A stretch of DNA of 64,000 nucleotides, taken from Paraspadella gotoi (lineage: Eukaryota; Animalia; Chaetognatha). Position numbers and translations under genes: made by a program. Shown one piece after another: positions 39,645-64,000 of the stretch. The stretch covers positions 21,700,278 to 21,764,277 of the forward strand of contig CM119265.1 of assembly GCA_051294375.1 (NCBI GenBank). Direction: 5' to 3'. The stretch's first letter is position 1. The number at the start of each line of letters is the position of its first letter. The notes under the pieces are model-generated. The model saw only the letters and a program-made list of their open reading frames with translations, did no database searches and was not told the origin of the DNA.

Positions 39645-41761
39645 TCTCTCTGTCTCTTTCTCTCTCTCTTTCTCTCTCACTCTCTCTCTCTGTCCAATTT
39701 CACTCTAATTTCACTCGAAGGTCACCTGCGGTCGCGTCCCCGTCGAGGGTTGCGGAATTTGCGGCGATCCTTTAAACAAGACCCCGCGTCCGAACGAAGA
39801 CGGCGGATTGTACGGGAGGGGTAAGGTCGTCGCCACGTACAAAGTCGGACAGGTGGGTACTGGGAAGTGTGCTTAAACTAACAACGTTTCTCTCCATTTT
39901 GACATTTCGTCTGGTATTTCATTTCATTTCGCCAACTAATGAAAACAGGTGATCCGAACTGTCTCGAAAATCACCGCCAATCACATGGGTTGGTTCGAAT
40001 TTTCCATCTGCCCGGTGGAGACAAGTCGGGGCTACAGAAAGGCCGACGAATCTTGTCTCAAACCCCTGATCGTCTTGGGCGGCAACCCGGTTAGCGTGGA
40101 GAACCCCGAGACCAAGTGGGAGTTGCTGCGGTCGGCGGGAACGGGTGAGTTCGTCGTCGACATCCAGCTGCCGCCGGGACTCACCTGCAAACGCTGCCTC
40201 CTGCGCTGGCTTTGGAATTGCGGTAAGGCGATGGAGAAGTCACTGTTTTTTTAGGGAATCGTTCAGAGAATTTTATTCGCTCGGTCGACCGGTCTGTTGA
40301 GAGAATATTATGTTGAAAAACGAAGGCTGAAAATATAAAAGGCTACGTAATTCCTTAACCGTCCGCCAGATGTCGATGAGCCAAAAACTTTTAATATGTC
40401 AGAAAAACAAAAGCACCGTCACCTTTATTTGCAACTTTCGTTTAAGAAATCATTTTTTGAAGTAAAATTTAAAAAACTACAGTTCCATCAAACGATTGAT
40501 CTTATAATATAATGTTGTCATATAAATATTATAATATAATATTATAATAACATCTTATAATATAGTTATATTTCTCTCTTCGCGCCAAAAAGGCAACGAT
40601 TGGAAGTGCGACGCCAGCGGTCGATGCGGTTTGGGTTTGGGACCCAAACAAGAAAAGTTTTACTCTTGCGCCGACATTGCGATCACGTCGAACGGTGAGC
40701 CGCTGCCGACGCAGGAGCCGCGCCCGACGCAGGAGCCGACGACGCGGGTCGTCACCAACGAACCGACGAGAAAACCTTGGAAGCCTTGGACGCAACAACC
40801 GGTGACGACGACACCGACCCAATGGATCACGACGAAGAAAACGACGAAACCGACGAAATCCACCCGGTGGTCGCAATGGACCACGAGGTCAACGACCGCC
40901 AGAACGAATATCTTCACGGTGAGTGTTATTGCTTCGGGGGGGGGGGAGCGAATTATTGGCGAGTTTAATCACTTAGTAATTGAGCCGCGCGTTCCCTTTC
41001 GAACAAGACGCCGCCCATTCCTTATGGTCGGGCCCGTCCGCCGAGCGGCCGGGCCGATTTTAAAGGTAGGGGAGTTTCGCATCATTCGAACGTGGAGCGT
41101 CCATGTACGCAGTTTCTTTGTTGACGTTTTTGTTAGAAGTCTTGTTTTAGATTTTTTTTTTTATAGGCATTATTATTATTTTTTTTTTTTTGGCTTTAGA
41201 TAACTGCTTTCAAGGAATGTTGCATGCCTCTCCAGTCTCTCCTCTCCAGTTCGTTATTCTGGAATCCTCTCTAATTAAGCTTTAAAATATTTAAACCCTG
41301 ACTATTACTTCATATTAATCAAAACCCCGCGCAAAAATAAATTTCTATTCGAATTTCTTTTAACGATTAACACCGATCGACAGTGGCATCTACTCGCGGT
41401 ATCCCGCCGGTACCCAAGAATTAAGATCCAGAATCGAAAATTTCCGACCCTTCGATCCCCCTGAACCCCTAAGGACGCTATTAACCCCCCTTCTCCTTCT
41501 CCCTTCCCCCCACCCCCCAAAATTTATCCACAGCCGTGCGCCAACGAACTGCCCGGGCTGCTCGTCGCCGACCCTGACGATTGTTGCGGCTTCATCGTCT
41601 GCCTCTGGACGGGCACGCCCTACGGACGGGAGCAGAAGATGCGGTGCCCGAGAGGCACGGCTTGGAAAGTGAGCGGCTTCTGCGACCATTGGTACAACGT
41701 CGTTTGCGGGCAGCGACGGGGAAATTGCGATCCTAACGCCCCCGATTATCAAATACCATAA
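38991..41761 (+). CDS. Secreted AA15-type lytic polysaccharide monooxygenase with Thr/Pro linker and CBM14 (peritrophin-A) chitin-binding domain; exons 38991-39053, 39347-39439, 39721-39852, 39949-40222, 40593-40918, 41534-41761
   Basis: Signal MKNSLPRFLLLCLVFVASFAKING followed by His1: HGYLIEPPGRSSAWRKGFDTPRNIDDNE; CGICGDP; TANHMGWFEFSICP (second brace His); LPPGLTCKRCLLRW; GPKQEKFYSCADIAI; then a PTQEP/TTK linker and CANELPG...DDCCGFIVC...RCPRGTAW...FCDHWYNVVC. All junctions are in phase. Confidence 0.93.
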
Positions 41762-42242
41762 ATGTTATTCGTTGGCCTTTTGTTTTTTTTGTTTGTTTTT
41801 TTTCGATCGGTGCTAAACAGGTTGTCGATCCCGATAGGGGTCCTATCGTTTATTAAATTTTTGTATAAATAATGTTTTTTTTACGTATAATTTAATATAC
41901 TAGTATGTATTTAAATGGAACGTTTTATTTGTTATTCAGTTCAACTAGATATAAAAAATCATGCTGGCAATTTATTTAGAACTTTTATACCCTCTTTATA
42001 AAATTAAACTTCGTCTTCTTTAGATTTAATTAGTTAAAGTGAATATTCAAAACAATATTCTAGAACAACCTCTTTTTTTCATAAAAAACAGATTAAATCA
42101 ATAACAAACATTATCGTATCTAGATACAACAAAATTACTAACAAGGAATAAGACAAGTAATCGAGTTCGAAAACCGTCATATTGTATAAGAAGCATTTGA
42201 GTTTGTTTAAAAGTGCAATAATTAATATGTATCTATAATTAT

Positions 42243-43237
42243 CTAATCGGAACTTTGGGTTTTTTCTTTCTCCTCCGACGCGACGGCCTTGTTGAGATCC
42301 GCCTTGATTTTGTCAGCTTCGTTCTTCCAGTTGTTGAGACTCGTCTCCCTCTCTACCTGCGTTTTCTCCATGATGCCGAGCAGTTCGTCCACGCGTAGGT
42401 TGAGGGTGTCGTTCCGGTTTTCGACCTGAAATCAAAATCTCGATGATATGACATCATTTTCGAATTCTTAGTACACAATTTTCAAAACTATCGTAGCTTT
42501 GACTGGTAACATTAACTAGCCCATCCCTTATCTTGCGTGATTCAGCGAGACGCAAACCCGGAACCCGTGGGTGGGTGCTATCTCATCTTGAAAACGGATT
42601 AGTTTGCGGACAGACGGACAGTACTATAGCATTTTCCCTCGTTAACAAAATCTCACTTTCTTCTTTAGAAGCGTTTAAAAACAAAATTTGAATTTTTACC
42701 AAATTTCCACACACCTCGTCCAAACAGGATCCCAGTTGGTCGAGAGTCGCGAAGAGGTTGTTGTACTCCTGGTCGCACCCTTCCATCACCTCCTCCAGTC
42801 GCTCCGCCTCCTCGGGGGAGAAGTCTTCCTCGTTGATGTCGTGACGAGAGTTGGATGTTGCTCAGCGTCGCCGAATCTCCTCCTCCAACTCCCGGTCGTC
42901 CACATCCTGGTTGGCGGGGCGGACGAGTCGGGGGCCGTCTAAAAGGGAACCGACAGTTTGTGAAATGATCTTTTTATTTGCTAAGATTATAAATTTGGTA
43001 AACACGTTTTTTTTTAATATGTAATATAAACCTACGCTTCGACTTCGAAGACAAAAAAACTACATACTTGACTTACGTCCTATTTAATCAAAAAACAAAA
43101 CTTCCTATTAAATTCAAGTAAAACAACTTTCCACCAAACCTTGAACGATAAAATGAAAAATAGAAGAAGAGAAAAAAAAAGAATAAAAATCCCAGAAAAT
43201 TAGAAAGCGATTCATACTTTACCTCTTCAGAAGACAT
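42243..43237 (-). CDS. BBLN: Bublin (C9orf16/UPF0184)-like coiled-coil protein; exons ~43237-43223, 42938-42715, 42425-42243; 5' part disrupted or non-coding
   Basis: EYNNLFATLDQLGSCLDE|VENRNDTLNLRVDELLGIMEKTQVE matches recalled bublin EYAAINSMLDQINSCLDHLEEKNDHLHARLQELL. The upstream part has a frame inconsistency and an in-frame TGA at 42864-42862, so the start is uncertain (alternative ATG at 42786). Confidence 0.75.
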
Positions 43238-44136
43238 GGAGTATGTTGAAAAGAAATATATAACAGAAAATTAAAATTTGGAACCGGTCCTTTACTTTAC
43301 TACGATTGCAACTTCTTCGATATTTAACGTGAAAAGTAGTGGAGCCCGTGAACTTTCTAGAAATTTTTCATCCTTAACAACCGAGTTTTAAAACTTGAGG
43401 TTTTTTCATTTTTCTCTTCACCGGCGGTGAATAATCCGTTTGAGTAACCGCGCAGTTTGTTTAATAAAAACTGAAATTCACGGAAAAGTCTAGAAGGAAC
43501 AATAAAGTGTTAAACTCATTTATTTCGGGTTAATCGAATTTAAAAGCTCCGGTTAATTAGACTCTAATTTGAAGAACAGTTAATAAAACCGTCTTTGTTT
43601 GAAAGATAAAGACGTAGAAATTTAAAAATTGTGTAACAATTGAAGGGAATTAAATATTCATCTTGATTAAAGAGTATTTCCGCTTTCTTTGTTTTTTAAT
43701 TAAAATCAGTTCGAGCCCAAAATTTTCGAGGACCGCCTCCGGAAAGAAGTACTGATTCAGGCCTCTAAAAAAAAATCTCAATTTGGGTTGATCCATCACA
43801 GACTCACACTCACAGACAACACGTTTCACACGAAATTTAATCCATATGTCTTGCCTTTATGAAAGTAGTTATTTTATCTTACTGGGCCTAATAGCCTGAC
43901 TGTGGCTTATATCATAACCTATCATAGCTAGTCATAGCTTTCGTAATTAGTAATCAGAGAGACATCAATGAACATTATGGACTAAATACATTTTAATTCT
44001 ACCATTTATAATATTTTTTTTTCGCAACAATAAATCATTAAACATTGGATTATAATCCTGTGGCAATTGCATAAAAATTCAAAAAGCTACAATGCTAAAT
44101 AGAGACGTAACGTATATTTCATGAGGTTGATGAGAT

Positions 44137-64000
<19,864 letters not shown>

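Noticed and set aside
42862-42864. In-frame TGA as a selenocysteine codon
   Set aside because: No SECIS was recognised, bublin is not a known selenoprotein, the context is not Cys-like, and nearby indels point to sequence error.

Overview
Animal (invertebrate-like) genomic DNA with GC/CpG-rich exons, very AT-rich introns, many microsatellites, two assembly gaps and several single-base indels that look like assembly errors. Exons were joined by hand at GT/AG sites, and product calls come from recalled family motifs, not database searches. Genes in order: (1) 3' part of a PARP16-like tail-anchored ADP-ribosyltransferase (+); (2) an SLC26A11-like anion transporter (+), followed by a gap-flanked redundant copy of its 3' half; (3,4) two tandem alpha-2-macroglobulin/CD109-like thioester-protein (TEP) genes (+), the first with intact GCGEQ and catalytic His, the second with GCGEQ replaced by QNCEH; (5) an AA15-type lytic polysaccharide monooxygenase with a Thr/Pro linker and a chitin-binding CBM14 domain (+); (6) a bublin/C9orf16-like coiled-coil gene (-); (7) a large minus-strand gene running off the window that joins, in one frame (allowing one probable homopolymer error), three 6TM+CNBD channel repeats plus the CNBD of a preceding repeat. 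Gene 7 has CNGK/tetraKCNG-like architecture, with a different pore filter in each visible repeat (GHG, SYG, GFG) and degenerate cyclic-nucleotide pockets. Non-coding elements: three minimal hammerhead-ribozyme motifs of the Penelope type, a TA-flanked TIR element whose TIRs carry outward-facing tRNA-like promoters, a 3.1 kb foldback element with an 8-bp TSD, a decayed Tc1 transposase, SINE-like repeats, intronic hairpins and a candidate nested three-exon ORF inside a channel intron.
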